A stretch of DNA of 64,000 nucleotides from assembly GCA_002189035.1 (NCBI GenBank), contig NEEC01000017.1, forward strand, positions 682,001 to 746,000. Direction: 5' to 3'. This stretch comes from Utricularia gibba. Its lineage: Eukaryota; Plantae; Magnoliophyta. Shown in pieces: positions 62,827 through 64,000 of the stretch (position 1 is the stretch's first letter; the number at the start of each line of letters is the position of its first letter). A program made the position numbers and the translations under genes. A model generated the notes under the pieces. The model was not told the origin of the DNA. It searched no databases and saw only the letters and a list, made by a program, of their open reading frames with translations.

Positions 62827-63539
62827 TGAAATAAAAAATGTTCAATCGCTCTTCTGGAATCTCACCTCTAATATGACGTAACACTTTTGTAAATCAAAAT
62901 CACTAAGAATTCCATACTTACGAAAGCCAGGAAGACGCTTCTTCTTCTTGCAATCCCTCATCTTTTGTTTCAATACATCATCGTTCACAATAGTGGAATT
63001 GTTAGATGAAAGAATGCCATTTTGGACATTGACAAACTACTGTTCTACCATTGTAGGGGGTGAGAACTCTCCCCACTCAAAGTCTTCTCGTATTTCACTC
63101 GTGGACCCTGATTTCAACAAACTAAACACATGAGCTCAAGCATGAAACAGTTATTAAAAAAATCATACAATTTCGTCTTTGTTTGGCATGTTTGTGTTTC
63201 TCTTGGAAGTAGCTGAATTTTGGGGTTGATCAGAGGTGATCTTTTACTCTGTTCCCGTGGATGTTTCTTGTGTTCCTTGCTCATTTACTTCATTTTTTCC
63301 ATAACCTTCATTTTCCTATAATAAGGAAACAATATATCTTGATAACAAATAATACCATATCATATGGAACAAACTTATGATCCAATATAGCAGGCTACCT
63401 TTTTTTTTTGGAGTTCAGCTCACATGTACGTGCGTTGTGCCCTGTGTATCCACATGCACAAAAAAATTGTAATTGTCTTGTTCTAGCTTTCTTCTATTTC
63501 TTATGAGGTGATTGTTTTTCATGTTCATTATCATGAATG

Positions 63540-64000
63540 CAGCAAGCGTATGTTTCCCTAAAGTGCGTGTCATTATTCCAATCATATATGTGATCCCTTG
63601 GATTATCACGCTTGGTTCGTATAGCTCGCAGCGCATGTTTGCATGGTATACCTACAGTTTATCAAGTAAGAAAGCAAACATAATTTGTGACTAAACACAA
63701 TCACTTACCAGTTAATTGATCTGATTTCCACACCAGCCTCTGGTGTGGAGTTATTCTCTATAGTTTGCATGGATGATGGGGAATACCTATATTTCCACTT
63801 GGATGATTCTGAATGTCGTTTTTTAAATCGATCGGCAATGGTCCATCTGATCTCTTCTAGCATCCGTAGTATCGGTAATCGCCATGCATCAAGTAAGGAG
63901 GCATTCCAAGGCTCTGAAATGTTGTTTGTTAAAGCTCCACATTTGGCATCCTCAGCGAAGTATGCATGCGTCCACCTAGTTTGGTTTATTTTACATAGCC
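63540..64000 (-). pseudogene. MuDRA-like transposase remnant (C-terminal region and SWIM finger)
   Basis: RWTHAYF..KCGALTNNISEPWNASLLDAWRLPILRMLEEIR..SKW, then QLTG/IPCKHALRAI (apparent GT-AG intron) and DHIYDW..ETY. Confidence 0.85.

Larger units (their letters stand above)
61083..64000 (-). mobile_element. Decayed Mutator-like element (MULE) with transposase and Ulp1-like protease remnants; extends past the right edge
   Basis: Transposase remnant at 63540-64000, Ulp1 remnant at 62221-62826, and an AT-rich end with periodic ACGTT motifs beginning GGGAAAAA at 61083. The left boundary is inferred. Confidence 0.65.

Overview
Eukaryotic (flowering-plant, eudicot-like) nuclear DNA. It is very gene-dense, with about 18 intron-containing or single-exon genes in 64 kb and many introns of 70-120 nt, which suggests a compact genome; the species cannot be determined from the sequence. 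Gene order: iPGAM (partial), WDR26/GID7-like, SUB1/At2g04280-type protein, COL9/10-type BBX-CCT, a small plastid membrane protein, ADA2, organellar ThrRS, an MRS2/MGT Mg transporter, LFR, an AT-rich transposon graveyard (PIF/Harbinger and copia relics), TIM13, a RAV/NGA-type B3 factor, a HIPP, an unknown protein, NUP98, ARF6-like, FLA, ETF-alpha, VUP1-like, and a decayed Mutator-like element carrying a Ulp1-type protease. No rRNA, tRNA or CRISPR was seen. I found no clearly new multi-gene system. The best leads are (1) an intact MRS2 gene whose GMN selectivity motif reads GVS, (2) a possible spliced non-coding transcript divergent from ETF-alpha, (3) a candidate gained intron, and (4) the ULP-carrying MULE. 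Caveat: seven frameshifts in six conserved genes are each repaired by adding one base to a short homopolymer, so the assembly probably has systematic indel errors. All homology calls come from recalled family motifs, not from database searches.
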